A DNA stretch of 64,000 bases from a virus, in IMG/VR virus record IMGVR_UViG_3300027763_000039, positions 1-64,000 of that record; one strand, written 5' to 3'. A program made the position numbers and the translations under genes. The notes beneath the pieces were generated by a model. That model was not told where the DNA came from. It saw only the letters and a list, made by a program, of their open reading frames with translations, and ran no database searches. Below are positions 19,177 to 28,999 of the stretch, piece by piece. Numbering within the stretch: the stretch's first letter is position 1; each line of letters begins with the position of its first letter.

Positions 19177-19905
19177 TTGAGAAAAAATAAAACCACCAAG
19201 AAAAGGTCCAAGGTCATAGATGCTACTAAAGAACTCCCCATCCCAGAAATTTACCGAAATAGGCTAAAACCCAGATCAGAAAATCAGAAACAATACATCA
19301 GAGATATAGCAGAAAATGTTATTACATTCTGCCAAGGAGTTGCTGGTAGTGGCAAAACCCATATCGCTGTAGGTATGGCTTTAGAATACTTACTGGACGA
19401 CAAGGTTAAAAAAATTATTATTACCAGACCAGTAGTTGAATCAGGAGAAAAGATTGGATATCTGCCCGGAACAGCAGAAGAAAAATTACACCCTTATCTA
19501 TTACCATTATTAGATGAAGTTAATCACTTCATACCTACTGCTAAGTATGCTAGTCTAAAAACTAATAATAAAATAGAGATCGTTCCACTTGGATTAATGA
19601 GAGGTCGTAATTTTCATAATGCTTTTATCGTTGCAGATGAATGCCAAAATGCTTCGTATGATCAACTTAAAATGTTACTCACAAGAATTGGAACTAATAG
19701 TAAAATGGTATTAACTGGTGACGTTAGTCAATCAGATTTACATAGACATATGCAAGGCGGCTTTTGGTCAATGACAAATGCTCTAGCTGATATTGAGGGC
19801 ATTGCTGTAGCTAGACTAGAAGCATCAGACATCGTAAGAAATCCAATTATCGGGAAAATTATCGGAAGACTAGACAACTACGAAAAAGATGCAACCTCAA
19901 AATAG
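19177..19905 (+). CDS. phoH: PhoH-family ATPase
   Basis: GVAGSGKT, ITRPVVE, GYLPG, MRGRNF, DECQN, LTRIG, GDVSQSD; TTG start. Confidence 0.95.
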   Translation: MRKNKTTKKRSKVIDATKELPIPEIYRNRLKPRSENQKQYIRDIAENVITFCQGVAGSGKTHIAVGMALEYLLDDKVKKIIITRPVVESGEKIGYLPGTAEEKLHPYLLPLLDEVNHFIPTAKYASLKTNNKIEIVPLGLMRGRNFHNAFIVADECQNASYDQLKMLLTRIGTNSKMVLTGDVSQSDLHRHMQGGFWSMTNALADIEGIAVARLEASDIVRNPIIGKIIGRLDNYEKDATSK

Positions 19906-20470
19906 TAGATGCTTAATTTTAAACGCTGATTACACTCCACTCGGTATTATCTCTTGGAAAAGAGCATTAGTGTGGTCGTATAGACATGATGAGAATTCTC
20001 ATGTTGGGGTAGAAATTATAGATTTTTATAAGAACGACTATATCTGTGGTGCTAACAATAAAAAAATACCAATACCAGCAGTAGTTAAAACAGCAAAATA
20101 TTTTCGTTTAAATCATCAGGGTGTTAATTTTTCTAGGAAGAATCTATTCATTAGAGACAATTATAGCTGTCAATATTGCGGATGCGAAAAAGACATTAAT
20201 CAATTAACTTATGATCATGTTATTCCTAAGTCTGTTTGGAATAAAAATATAGGTTCTCCAACTTGTTGGACCAATATTGTTACAGCTTGTGTTGAGTGTA
20301 ATCGTAGAAAAGGAAATAGAACACCAAAAGAGGCTAATATGCCCCTTAGAAATTTGCCTATAGTGCCAAATAAAAGTGCAAAGTACTTGCCAGTAAGAGG
20401 ACTGCTTCTTAAGATAAGATCAGATATTCCAGATGAGTGGACTGTATATTTACCAGAGTCATATTTATAA
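19889..20470 (+). CDS. HNH endonuclease (McrA-like)
   Basis: LILNADY, RDNYSCQYCG, TYDHVIP, NIVTACVECNRRKG. Confidence 0.92.
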   Translation: MQPQNSRCLILNADYTPLGIISWKRALVWSYRHDENSHVGVEIIDFYKNDYICGANNKKIPIPAVVKTAKYFRLNHQGVNFSRKNLFIRDNYSCQYCGCEKDINQLTYDHVIPKSVWNKNIGSPTCWTNIVTACVECNRRKGNRTPKEANMPLRNLPIVPNKSAKYLPVRGLLLKIRSDIPDEWTVYLPESYL

Positions 20471-20823
20471 TGCCTTGCTATACATATTTTTGCGATAATT
20501 GTGAAACAAAATTTGAACTTGTATCTAGTATAAAAGACTACACAGAACACCCCAAGTGTACAAGCTGCAATAAACCTCACGCCCATAGATTATATCAAGA
20601 AGACTTAATCACTCTTAATACTTCTATTAAGAAAAGTGATAGTGAACTCAAGACAATAGGGGACATAGCTAATCGTAATAGAGACAGACTTAGCGAAGAC
20701 CACAAGTCTCACTTAAATGCCCAACATAATTCTTATAAAGAAGAAACTTCTCAGAAAGAATTACCATCAGGCATGTCTAGAATCAAAAAGCCAACAGTTA
20801 AATATCGCTGGACAAAAGACTAA
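20470..20823 (+). CDS. FmdB-like zinc-ribbon protein
   Basis: MPCYTYFCDNC...CTSC; start at the TAATG overlap. Confidence 0.8.
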   Translation: MPCYTYFCDNCETKFELVSSIKDYTEHPKCTSCNKPHAHRLYQEDLITLNTSIKKSDSELKTIGDIANRNRDRLSEDHKSHLNAQHNSYKEETSQKELPSGMSRIKKPTVKYRWTKD

Positions 20824-20838
20824 CTAAAGGAAATGTTA

Positions 20839-21234
20839 ATGGATAATTTTATTTTTAATCCTACAAGTAAATTTACTGAAGAAACGATACAACAAGAAAC
20901 ATCAGCAGAACTTTTTACTGTATCTGGTAAAGAAGACTTTTTAGATGGAGAACGTAATCCACAACTCAAGTCAGAGTCAGAGGAAGTTTTTGCCAGAAGA
21001 ATTCTTAGAAAAGATGGTTCAATTAAATATAGTGTTAGACTTAGCAATACAGGAAAACTATTTAACCCACTATCTATTTATGGTCAAGAACAAAATCATA
21101 GTTTCTTGAATAGGGTTTGTAGATCAAATAGCAAGTTCAAAGAAGTCAATGAAAAAACTTTTAATTGGTATGTGAAATTTCTAAAAACAAAAAATGTAGC
21201 ATGGTTAAACAATGCTGAAAGGGAGAATGAATAA
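20839..21234 (+). CDS. Hypothetical protein
   Basis: AAAGGA SD 7 nt upstream; coupled to the next gene. Confidence 0.7.
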   Translation: MDNFIFNPTSKFTEETIQQETSAELFTVSGKEDFLDGERNPQLKSESEEVFARRILRKDGSIKYSVRLSNTGKLFNPLSIYGQEQNHSFLNRVCRSNSKFKEVNEKTFNWYVKFLKTKNVAWLNNAERENE

Positions 21235-21578
21235 TGGCAAGAATTAATAAGATGCAAAAGTACGCTGCTCTATGGCTTAATAGTCAGGGATGGGATTTGA
21301 CTAAAATAGCAAATGAGTTATCTCTTACAAATAGTCAGGTCAAGAATGTTGTTGAAAATCCAGAAGTAACAGCAGCCGCAGCTATAAAAACTGTTTCTTC
21401 TCCTATGGGTCAGTCTCCTTCCAAGAATTTAATGATAAATGAAAGTCCAGGAAAGAGAAGTGTTTCTATTATGACGAAAGAAGCCTCTGCTCTAAACGAT
21501 GAGCTTAAAAAGAAATCTCCTCCACCAGTTTCCTCAAAAATTCAACAAGGTATTTTTAGACCATCAGAAAATAAGTAA
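21234..21578 (+). CDS. Hypothetical protein with N-terminal HTH-like segment
   Basis: LNSQGWDLTKIANELSLTNSQVKNVV pattern. Confidence 0.65.
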   Translation: MARINKMQKYAALWLNSQGWDLTKIANELSLTNSQVKNVVENPEVTAAAAIKTVSSPMGQSPSKNLMINESPGKRSVSIMTKEASALNDELKKKSPPPVSSKIQQGIFRPSENK

Positions 21579-21581
21579 AAC

Positions 21582-22031
21582 ATGAATACAGAAGAAACTA
21601 AATATACAGAAAAAGATATTTCTCCAATTGATCAAATATTTGAAAGACTAACCTCCGAAGAAAAGCAACTGCTAGAAAAAATCAATAAAAAAGTAGTTGA
21701 AGAGTTAGACAAAATTAGGGAAGATCAATTCAAACACCTAGATGATGAACCAGATGCTCCAATAGACTTTTCTGATAAACACCCAGAGATTATACACAAA
21801 AAACACCTATCCTCTTTTCCTCATGAGATCACAGTATATGTCAAGGCTGAAGTTACTGAGATAGACGATAAAGGCTATTTGAAGGATGTAAAAGATTTAT
21901 TTGAAAAGTATTATCATATTCCTGTCAAAGCCAAAGAAGACTATAAGATACATATAGAGAAATTCTTTGAAAAATTTCATAGTTCTCTGGAAATATCTTG
22001 TCAGGAAATTCAAAAAGAAAAACAACAGTAA
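21582..22031 (+). CDS. Hypothetical protein
   Basis: 149-aa charged ORF in operon context. Confidence 0.65.
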   Translation: MNTEETKYTEKDISPIDQIFERLTSEEKQLLEKINKKVVEELDKIREDQFKHLDDEPDAPIDFSDKHPEIIHKKHLSSFPHEITVYVKAEVTEIDDKGYLKDVKDLFEKYYHIPVKAKEDYKIHIEKFFEKFHSSLEISCQEIQKEKQQ

Positions 22032-22036
22032 TATTG

Positions 22037-22453
22037 ATGATAGAAAAATATCCATCAAAGTATTCTAATGGCAAGGAAGTGTCTGCTGCCCAATTCATTA
22101 CAGAGATCATCTGTGAACGAAAAGCCCAAAAAGATAAAGAAGATCTTCATTATAGGTTTTGGGTACATAAAAAATGGGCTGCTTTTTATAGAAATCAGAT
22201 AGGGTCTGCTCATAAATTGCTGAAACAGTATGATCCAAAAGCAATTGTAAGAGCATTGAATACTGATCAAGGGAAAAAAATCTATTCTTTGCGAGCCCCT
22301 CACCTTGGGGCTATGATAGAACAACAAGACCAATTGATTCAACAGGAAAATGTTATTCTAACAAAACCTATTGAAAGAAAAGATACAGTGGTATTTGGTA
22401 ATAGTCAACCAGTAGCAAAAAACATAATTTCCAAATTAAAGGATCTAGACTAA
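22037..22453 (+). CDS. Hypothetical protein
   Basis: ORF coupled to recA by TAATG; start taken at the first ATG after the upstream stop. Confidence 0.65.
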   Translation: MIEKYPSKYSNGKEVSAAQFITEIICERKAQKDKEDLHYRFWVHKKWAAFYRNQIGSAHKLLKQYDPKAIVRALNTDQGKKIYSLRAPHLGAMIEQQDQLIQQENVILTKPIERKDTVVFGNSQPVAKNIISKLKDLD

Positions 22454-23478
22454 TGAGTTTGAAAGAAGATGTCATTAAAAATTTTGGTAATGAAATCATG
22501 CTCACGGCAAGTGCCGTTGTGGACAAGAAACTTATTACTATTCCTGTGAGTCCTTCACTTGACATTATTTTAAATGGTGGTGTCCCAGAAGGAAGTTTTA
22601 TGATATTCACCGGACAACCCAAATGCGGCAAGACCACAACATCCCTAGACTTTGCTGCCACAGCACAGAGACCAGAATACGCTTATCAGGGATTCAAAGA
22701 AGGTAGAGAGGTGTACTACCTTAACATCGAAGGTAGATTAAAGAAAAGAGATCTAGAAGGAATTCCAGGATTGAATCTAGATAGGTTTCACGTTATTGGT
22801 TCACAACAAGGTAAGATTCTCCATGCAGAAGAATATCTTCAAATCGGAGAAAGAATCATTAATGAAATTCCGGGATGTATTCTCATCATAGACTCCTATT
22901 CTGCACTATGTACTGAAACAGAAATCACGTCTGATATGAATAAGATGCAAAGAGCCGATGGTGCTAAATTATTAGCCAAGTTTTGCAGGAAGGTGGCGAA
23001 TGTTATTCCTGTAAACAGAAATATTGTTATTGGTATTACTCATCTTATGGGTAATCCCGGCACCGGTCACGTTGAATGGAAAGAAAAAAGTGGTCAGGCT
23101 ATTGCTTACCAAACAGACATTAAGCTAAGGGCTCAATTTCATAGAGCTTGGAAAATTGGTTCAGCAGAAGATGGGCAGCAAATTGGTCAAGAAATTCAGT
23201 GGCAAGTGGTATGCTCTGCATTGGGTGCTCCCGGTGGAACTATTACTAGTTATCTAAGATATGGTCAAGGTATTGATAAGCAGATGGAATTACTTATGTT
23301 GGCTGTTGATATTGGTCTTATTCAAAAGGGTGGTGCTTGGTACACCCTAACATCTGTGACGGATAAACCTAAATTTCAAGGAACAGAAAAAGTCAGACAA
23401 TATCTGGTTGATCATCCTGATGTATATGTAAGTTTACTGGAACAAGTTAAGGAAACGATGGGCATTAAATGCAAATAA
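22453..23478 (+). CDS. recA: RecA/UvsX-like recombinase
   Basis: SLDIILNGGVP, Walker A GQPKCGKTT, IIDS, YGQGID, IQKGGAWY, FQG. Confidence 0.9.
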   Translation: MSLKEDVIKNFGNEIMLTASAVVDKKLITIPVSPSLDIILNGGVPEGSFMIFTGQPKCGKTTTSLDFAATAQRPEYAYQGFKEGREVYYLNIEGRLKKRDLEGIPGLNLDRFHVIGSQQGKILHAEEYLQIGERIINEIPGCILIIDSYSALCTETEITSDMNKMQRADGAKLLAKFCRKVANVIPVNRNIVIGITHLMGNPGTGHVEWKEKSGQAIAYQTDIKLRAQFHRAWKIGSAEDGQQIGQEIQWQVVCSALGAPGGTITSYLRYGQGIDKQMELLMLAVDIGLIQKGGAWYTLTSVTDKPKFQGTEKVRQYLVDHPDVYVSLLEQVKETMGIKCK

Positions 23479-23888
23479 AAGATCTCGACGGCAACCTTTG
23501 TCATTGGCAACTTATTGGGGGGATCGCTCATGGCAAGGCTAAAAACAAATCGGCCTTGCATTTGCTTGCTAGAGACTTAGTACATAAGTGCTTCCCCACG
23601 ATGCAAGTTCTTGAGGAAGTACCAATTCCTCTTAGAAGGTCGGAGACTTTATATTTAGATTTCTATATACCCCTATTAAAAAGAACAATAGAGGTTCATG
23701 GAGAACAGCACTATAAATTTGTGCCATTTTATCATAACACCTTACTTGGGTTTGTTAAGCACAAAAAAAGAGATCAAGAGAAGCAGGAGTGGTGTGAAAC
23801 AAATGGTATAACTTATATTGAGTTACCATTTAATGAGGATGTAGAAGCGTGGTCTAATAGGATTAAAAATGAGCAACAAAACAGCTAA
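23469..23888 (+). CDS. PD-(D/E)xK / Vsr-like (DUF559-type) endonuclease
   Basis: LDFYIP...IEVHGEQHY...RDQEKQEWCETNGI. Confidence 0.8.
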   Translation: MQIKDLDGNLCHWQLIGGIAHGKAKNKSALHLLARDLVHKCFPTMQVLEEVPIPLRRSETLYLDFYIPLLKRTIEVHGEQHYKFVPFYHNTLLGFVKHKKRDQEKQEWCETNGITYIELPFNEDVEAWSNRIKNEQQNS

Positions 23889-24363
23889 AGAAGAATTACA
23901 AGATTGGGATAATCTATTAGATGAATACGAAAATCATCTAGGGTTGCCAAGGTATGCTGCTGGAGGTTTACCAGAAGCAGAATTAAATAGTTATCTTTCT
24001 ATGAATAGAGATGAACTAGAAAAGTTAACGCCAGAAGATTGTGGGCAAATTTCTTATAGACTAGCACAGTTTTCTTTTCATGTTCAACGAACTATTAATA
24101 GAGAAATAGCCCGATATAACTGGGCAGATGAGACGACAAAGATAGTGATAGCAGACGACATTAATAATTATAAGGGTTATGGATACGTTGAAAAATCTAA
24201 TCAAGCGATTAAACACAATGACAAAGCACAGTCTCTAAACAAGATTAAAATTTATGCAAAACAAAGAACTGATCGTTTGTCATATATAGCTAATTCGATT
24301 AAGAACCTATCAGATATTTTAATTGCTATTCAAAGAATGAAGGTGACCAAACATGGACAATAA
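23869..24363 (+). CDS. Hypothetical helical protein (possible recombination mediator)
   Basis: 164-aa coiled-coil-like ORF between recA and the helicase; function inferred from context only. Confidence 0.6.
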   Translation: MSNKTAKEELQDWDNLLDEYENHLGLPRYAAGGLPEAELNSYLSMNRDELEKLTPEDCGQISYRLAQFSFHVQRTINREIARYNWADETTKIVIADDINNYKGYGYVEKSNQAIKHNDKAQSLNKIKIYAKQRTDRLSYIANSIKNLSDILIAIQRMKVTKHGQ

Positions 24364-24748
24364 TATTAATCTGGATCCTCAACAAATACAGCAAATGATT
24401 ATGATGCTCCAGGCTATGCTGCCCAAGCAAGATGGTCAGGAATCATCTGGCCAAAGTGACACAAAGAGCAAAAAGAAATCTCCTCGTTCAAACAATAAAA
24501 ATAAGCCAACAATAACAAAGGCTTCTACTAATAAGTTTGATTCTATGATGGAAAAAAGAATGCATATGGAAGACATAGAAATAGATAAAAAATTAATAGT
24601 CCAGCCTCCGGTACCAAGAGCCAGAGCATTCAATCTAGTTAATGTAGTATGTAGAGTTTGTGGAAAAAGAGAAAGCGTGAATCCAGTATTAATTACTGAT
24701 TCTATTGATCGATATAAATGTAACAAATGTTCTGGAGCAGCAGGCTAA
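24353..24748 (+). CDS. Hypothetical protein with C-terminal zinc ribbon
   Basis: CRVC...CNKC. Confidence 0.7.
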   Translation: MDNNINLDPQQIQQMIMMLQAMLPKQDGQESSGQSDTKSKKKSPRSNNKNKPTITKASTNKFDSMMEKRMHMEDIEIDKKLIVQPPVPRARAFNLVNVVCRVCGKRESVNPVLITDSIDRYKCNKCSGAAG

Positions 24749-24749
24749 T

Positions 24750-26207
24750 ATGATTTTATCTGATGTTGCCGCAGAAAGAGCGGTGTTGTCTGGGATTTGT
24801 AACTATGGTGAGGATGCTTACCTAGACGTTGCAGACATTGTTCAAGACTCCTCGTTTACTATTGACAGTAATTCTATTATTTTCAAATGTCTAAAAGTGG
24901 TTTGCGAAAGAGAACAGAAGCCGAATATCGACGTAGCTAGTATCTTTTCTGTGGCCGAAGAACTTGGGTACGCTCATATTCTATCTAAAAAAGAAGAGGT
25001 CCAACATTTAAGAGCTATTATAGACTTTCCTGTAGCTTTAGACAATGTACGCAAGTTTGCTGCAAAAATTCGCAAATTAGAAATTGCTAGACTTTTGCGT
25101 AAGCAACTGGAACTGGCTCAAGAAAAAATTCTAGACGTTAATGGTACAGAACCAATTGGATCTATTCTTGGTATCGCAGAAGAGACGATATTCAATTTCA
25201 CATCATTGCTTAATGATAGCGATAATAATCCTGTGGTTATAGGCAAAGATCTAGATGACTATATTCGTAATCTTGAGTTAAATAAAACTGATCAGATTGG
25301 TATTCCTACAGGTTTTCCAGCATATGATCAAGCTATTGGTGGAGGATTAAGAAAGGGAACCGTTAATGTAATAGCTGCTCGCCCTAAAACTGGTAAAACT
25401 CTACTCTCTGATAATATTGGTCGTAACGTAGCTAAGTTAAATATTCCCGTATTGAATATGGATACGGAAATGAATAAGGAAGACCATATTAACAGAATCT
25501 TAGCTATGATGACCGAAATTGAGATTAATGCAATTGAAACAGGAAAGTTTGCAGAATCACCAGATAAAAAGACTAAGCTATTACAAGCTGTAGAAGAAAT
25601 TAAAAAGACTCCATTTTTTCACAAAAGCATAGCCGGTAAACCATTTGAAGATCAATTAGCTATTATGAGAAGATGGGTATTAAAAGAGGTTGGTCTTAAT
25701 GATGACGGGACAGCTAAGGATTGTGTGATATTCTATGACTATCTAAAACTAATGGATAGTGCTGGAATGAGCCAAGACTTAAAAGAATATCAAGTATTAG
25801 GCTTTATGATGACCTCATTACACAACTTTGCTGTTAGATATAAGGTTCCCATTGTGGCCTTTATCCAATTAAACAGAGACGGTATTACAAAGGAAAGTAC
25901 AGATACAGCAAGTGGTTCAGATCGAATCATTTGGTTATGTAGTAATTTTAGTATCTTTAAGAGAAAAACTCCTGAAGAGATTGCTGAGGACGGCCCAGAT
26001 AATGGTAATCGTAAACTAGTACCTTTGATTAGTAGACATGGTGGTGGATTAGATGATAACGATTATATTAATTGTCATATGAAGGGCTGGTGTGCGAAGA
26101 TTACTGAAGGTAGGACAAGACTAGAAGTTCTTAATAATAGAGGTAGTTCATCCGATGGATTTGTTGTTGAAGCGCAAAATGATAATGAAGAAATCCCATT
26201 CGAATGA
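24750..26207 (+). CDS. dnaB: DnaB-like replicative helicase
   Basis: AERAVLS, TGFPAYD, ARPKTGKT, DTEM, YDYLKLM, QLNR. Confidence 0.93.
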   Translation: MILSDVAAERAVLSGICNYGEDAYLDVADIVQDSSFTIDSNSIIFKCLKVVCEREQKPNIDVASIFSVAEELGYAHILSKKEEVQHLRAIIDFPVALDNVRKFAAKIRKLEIARLLRKQLELAQEKILDVNGTEPIGSILGIAEETIFNFTSLLNDSDNNPVVIGKDLDDYIRNLELNKTDQIGIPTGFPAYDQAIGGGLRKGTVNVIAARPKTGKTLLSDNIGRNVAKLNIPVLNMDTEMNKEDHINRILAMMTEIEINAIETGKFAESPDKKTKLLQAVEEIKKTPFFHKSIAGKPFEDQLAIMRRWVLKEVGLNDDGTAKDCVIFYDYLKLMDSAGMSQDLKEYQVLGFMMTSLHNFAVRYKVPIVAFIQLNRDGITKESTDTASGSDRIIWLCSNFSIFKRKTPEEIAEDGPDNGNRKLVPLISRHGGGLDDNDYINCHMKGWCAKITEGRTRLEVLNNRGSSSDGFVVEAQNDNEEIPFE

Positions 26208-27336
26208 TCAAAATCAATTAAAGATCGTCTGTGATGAAGTATGTGATAGTATTGATACTTTGTTAGACTTTTTTAATATTGAGTATAGATCAAACAATAA
26301 AATGATATCTATGGCTTGTCCGATTCATGGCGGAGATAATATCTCTGCTATTAATTTATACCCAGAAGGAGACAGATATCGAGGAAATTGGAAGTGCAGA
26401 ACTCATGGGTGCGAGAAGATATTTAAAGCTTCTGTAATAGGTTTTATTAGAGGAGTATTATCACATCAAAAACATGGCTGGGAAAAAGATGGAGACAAAG
26501 CCTGTTCATTTAATGATGCTTTGGATTTTGCTCTAAAGTTCATCAAAAAAGATCTGAAAAATATTAAAGTTTCTAAGTCAGAAAAAGACAAGAGATTATT
26601 TACCAGCGCTATTAATTATATTGGAAATGGAACATCGGATACTCAGCCTGTTGTTTCTTTACCCAAAAGAGAACAGGTTAGACAATCTTTGGTAATGCCA
26701 GCAGAATATTATCTATCTAGAGGATACTCTTTAGAAGTATTAGATAAGTATGATATCGGATTTTGTAATAAGCCTAATAAAGAAATGTCGAATAGGGTTG
26801 TGGTACCTATTTACAATAATGATTATACACACATGATCGGTTGTTCTGGAAGAAGCGTATCTGAAAAATGCCCTAAATGCTCGTCGTACCATGCTTTATC
26901 AGAAAATTGTCCACCAGATGAAAAGAAATGGCTATGTTCAAAATGGAAACATAGTGCTAATTTTAAAAGTCAAAATTGTTTGTATAATTTTTGGTTTGCT
27001 CAAAAACACATTATTAAAAGTACAGTAGTTGTTATAGTAGAAAGTCCTGGCAATGTATGGAGATTAGAAGAAAACGGCATACATAATAGCGTAGCCATCT
27101 TTGGTTCATCGCTAAGTGATAGACAGAAAATCATGCTTGATTCTTCTGGAGCTATGACTATTGTTATATTAACAGATAATGACGACGCTGGTAAAAAAGC
27201 AGCCGAACAGATCAAAGACAAGTGCAAAAATACATACAGAATATTTGTTCCTCAAATCTCTAAAGGAGATATTGGAGAAATGACTCGGGATGAAATTAAT
27301 ACGGAAATTAAACCCTTCTTAGAAAGTATCATATGA
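26185..27336 (+). CDS. dnaG: DnaG-like DNA primase
   Basis: CPIH...C..C zinc finger, YYLSRG, RVVVPI, TOPRIM IVES and TDNDDAG; start uncertain (26179 or 26185). Confidence 0.88.
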   Translation: MKKSHSNDQNQLKIVCDEVCDSIDTLLDFFNIEYRSNNKMISMACPIHGGDNISAINLYPEGDRYRGNWKCRTHGCEKIFKASVIGFIRGVLSHQKHGWEKDGDKACSFNDALDFALKFIKKDLKNIKVSKSEKDKRLFTSAINYIGNGTSDTQPVVSLPKREQVRQSLVMPAEYYLSRGYSLEVLDKYDIGFCNKPNKEMSNRVVVPIYNNDYTHMIGCSGRSVSEKCPKCSSYHALSENCPPDEKKWLCSKWKHSANFKSQNCLYNFWFAQKHIIKSTVVVIVESPGNVWRLEENGIHNSVAIFGSSLSDRQKIMLDSSGAMTIVILTDNDDAGKKAAEQIKDKCKNTYRIFVPQISKGDIGEMTRDEINTEIKPFLESII

Positions 27337-27929
27337 CCAGAACAAAGATTGTAGCTTTTGCTGGAAGAAAACAATCTGGCAAAACCACATGCTCAGAATC
27401 TACACTTGCATATTTTAAATATTTGGGTGGAGAGTCTGGCAAGATATATAATTTTGCTGATCCTCTTAAACAAGATATCTGTGTGAACATACTAGGCTTA
27501 AGTCATCAACAATGCTATGGTGAAGATTCTGATAAAAATACAATGACCGATATTGTATGGGAAGGCAAAAATCTAACAGCTAGAGAAGTTATGCAATTTG
27601 TTGGTACTGATTTATTTCGTAAAATGAAAAACGATGTATGGACCAGCGCCACTCTCAATAAAATTAATAATGAAAAACCAGCCCTAGCTATCATAGCTGA
27701 TTGTAGATTTCCTAATGAGGTAGATGCAGTACAAGCTGCTGGTGGGCTAGTGATTAAATTAACTAGAAATCCTTATGATTCTAATCATGATAGCGAAACA
27801 GCCTTAGACCCAATTCATTATCCTCCTAGTATGTTTGATGCAATTATACCAAATGACAAAATGGACATACCCGGTCAACTTGAGTTAGTTTTAGCTTTTC
27901 TGCAAGACAAAGGAGTATTCGTATTATAA
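27333..27929 (+). CDS. Deoxynucleoside monophosphate kinase
   Basis: AGRKQSGKT, FADPLK, REVMQFVGT, DCRFPNE, HDSE. Confidence 0.9.
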   Translation: MTRTKIVAFAGRKQSGKTTCSESTLAYFKYLGGESGKIYNFADPLKQDICVNILGLSHQQCYGEDSDKNTMTDIVWEGKNLTAREVMQFVGTDLFRKMKNDVWTSATLNKINNEKPALAIIADCRFPNEVDAVQAAGGLVIKLTRNPYDSNHDSETALDPIHYPPSMFDAIIPNDKMDIPGQLELVLAFLQDKGVFVL

Positions 27930-28963
27930 TTACATATCTTAGAAGTAGTTCCTATGGAACACATTCTATGTGTCCTCAACAATATTTTTTTGAATATATT
28001 CTTGGTTTAAGATCTCCATCTAATAAAAAAGCAGACAAAGGAACTATTTGCCATAAGGCTTTAGAAATCTTGGCATTTATTAAACTCAATACCCAAAACA
28101 ATAATCCAATTTTTGAGGATGATGTGGTGGGAAAAGTAGATATTAATAATTATAGCATTAAAAAAATAACTGATCAAGTATACGAATATTATACTTCTCA
28201 GTTCACTCATCATGTTTGGGAACCAAAAGATCATAAAGATTGTCATGCATGGATTAATAAAGCTTTAGAATATAATAAGGGTATGTTTGATCCTAGGAAT
28301 AGACATATAGTTCAGCCAGAACAACGCTTTGATCTTGAGATTAAGAAACCTTGGTCATCATACCGATATGAAACCAAAGATGGAGTCCTTGAAGGAAACC
28401 TTGCTATTAAAGGAACTATTGATCTTATTACTAAGGTAAATGATAACACCCTAGAAGTCATCGATTGGAAAACAGGACGAAGACTAGATTGGGCCACAGG
28501 AGAAGAAAAAACTCTAGAGAAACTTCAAAACGATCCCCAATTAAGGATATATCATTATGCAATTCAACATATGTATCCAGAGATCGAACATGTAATGATA
28601 TCTATTAATTTCATCAATGATGGTGGGGCATTTACTATTTGTTTTGATAAAACAGATTTATACAAAACAGAAATCATGTTGAAACAAAAATTTGAGACTA
28701 TAAAGAATACTCAAAAACCTCAGTTAAATAAAAGCTGGAAATGTAGTAAGCTTTGCCACTTTGGAAAAAGCACATTTGCTAATAGCCCAATAGAGCCGCT
28801 AACAGAATACAGAGACGGTCAACTAACAGCCAAAAACCAATGCATGACCAAATGTGAGCAAGTTAAACATGACATAGACACTACCGGAATGAAAGCAGTC
28901 ATTGACAAGTATCAGGCTCCCGGTTATAGTATAGGTCACTACAAGGCACCCGGCACCGTATAA
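27923..28963 (+). CDS. Cas4/AddB-like PD-(D/E)xK exonuclease with putative Fe-S cysteines; probable ATT start
   Basis: SSS...CP N-terminal motif, GTICHKALE, GTIDLI, IDWKTG, QLRIY, C-terminal CSKLC/CMTKC. The frame extends upstream of ATG 27968 to ATT 27923, 7 nt after AGGAG. Confidence 0.82.
   Translation: MIITYLRSSSYGTHSMCPQQYFFEYILGLRSPSNKKADKGTICHKALEILAFIKLNTQNNNPIFEDDVVGKVDINNYSIKKITDQVYEYYTSQFTHHVWEPKDHKDCHAWINKALEYNKGMFDPRNRHIVQPEQRFDLEIKKPWSSYRYETKDGVLEGNLAIKGTIDLITKVNDNTLEVIDWKTGRRLDWATGEEKTLEKLQNDPQLRIYHYAIQHMYPEIEHVMISINFINDGGAFTICFDKTDLYKTEIMLKQKFETIKNTQKPQLNKSWKCSKLCHFGKSTFANSPIEPLTEYRDGQLTAKNQCMTKCEQVKHDIDTTGMKAVIDKYQAPGYSIGHYKAPGTV
28902..28930 (+). promoter_or_regulatory. Sigma70-type promoter for dnaE, inside the 3' end of the nuclease gene
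   Basis: TTGACA-17 nt-TATAGT. Confidence 0.65.
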
Positions 28964-28999
28964 CATTTTTGGTTATAACAACGAAATAAGGAGAAAATT

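Noticed and set aside
19889-20470. HNH gene (and the DUF559 gene at 39961) as mobile intron or homing element
   Set aside because: Both are free-standing, coupled to neighbours and do not interrupt a gene; no mobility evidence in the sequence.
27923-28963. CRISPR-Cas system suggested by the Cas4-like gene
   Set aside because: No repeat-spacer array or other cas genes were seen; stand-alone Cas4-like nucleases are common in phage replication modules.
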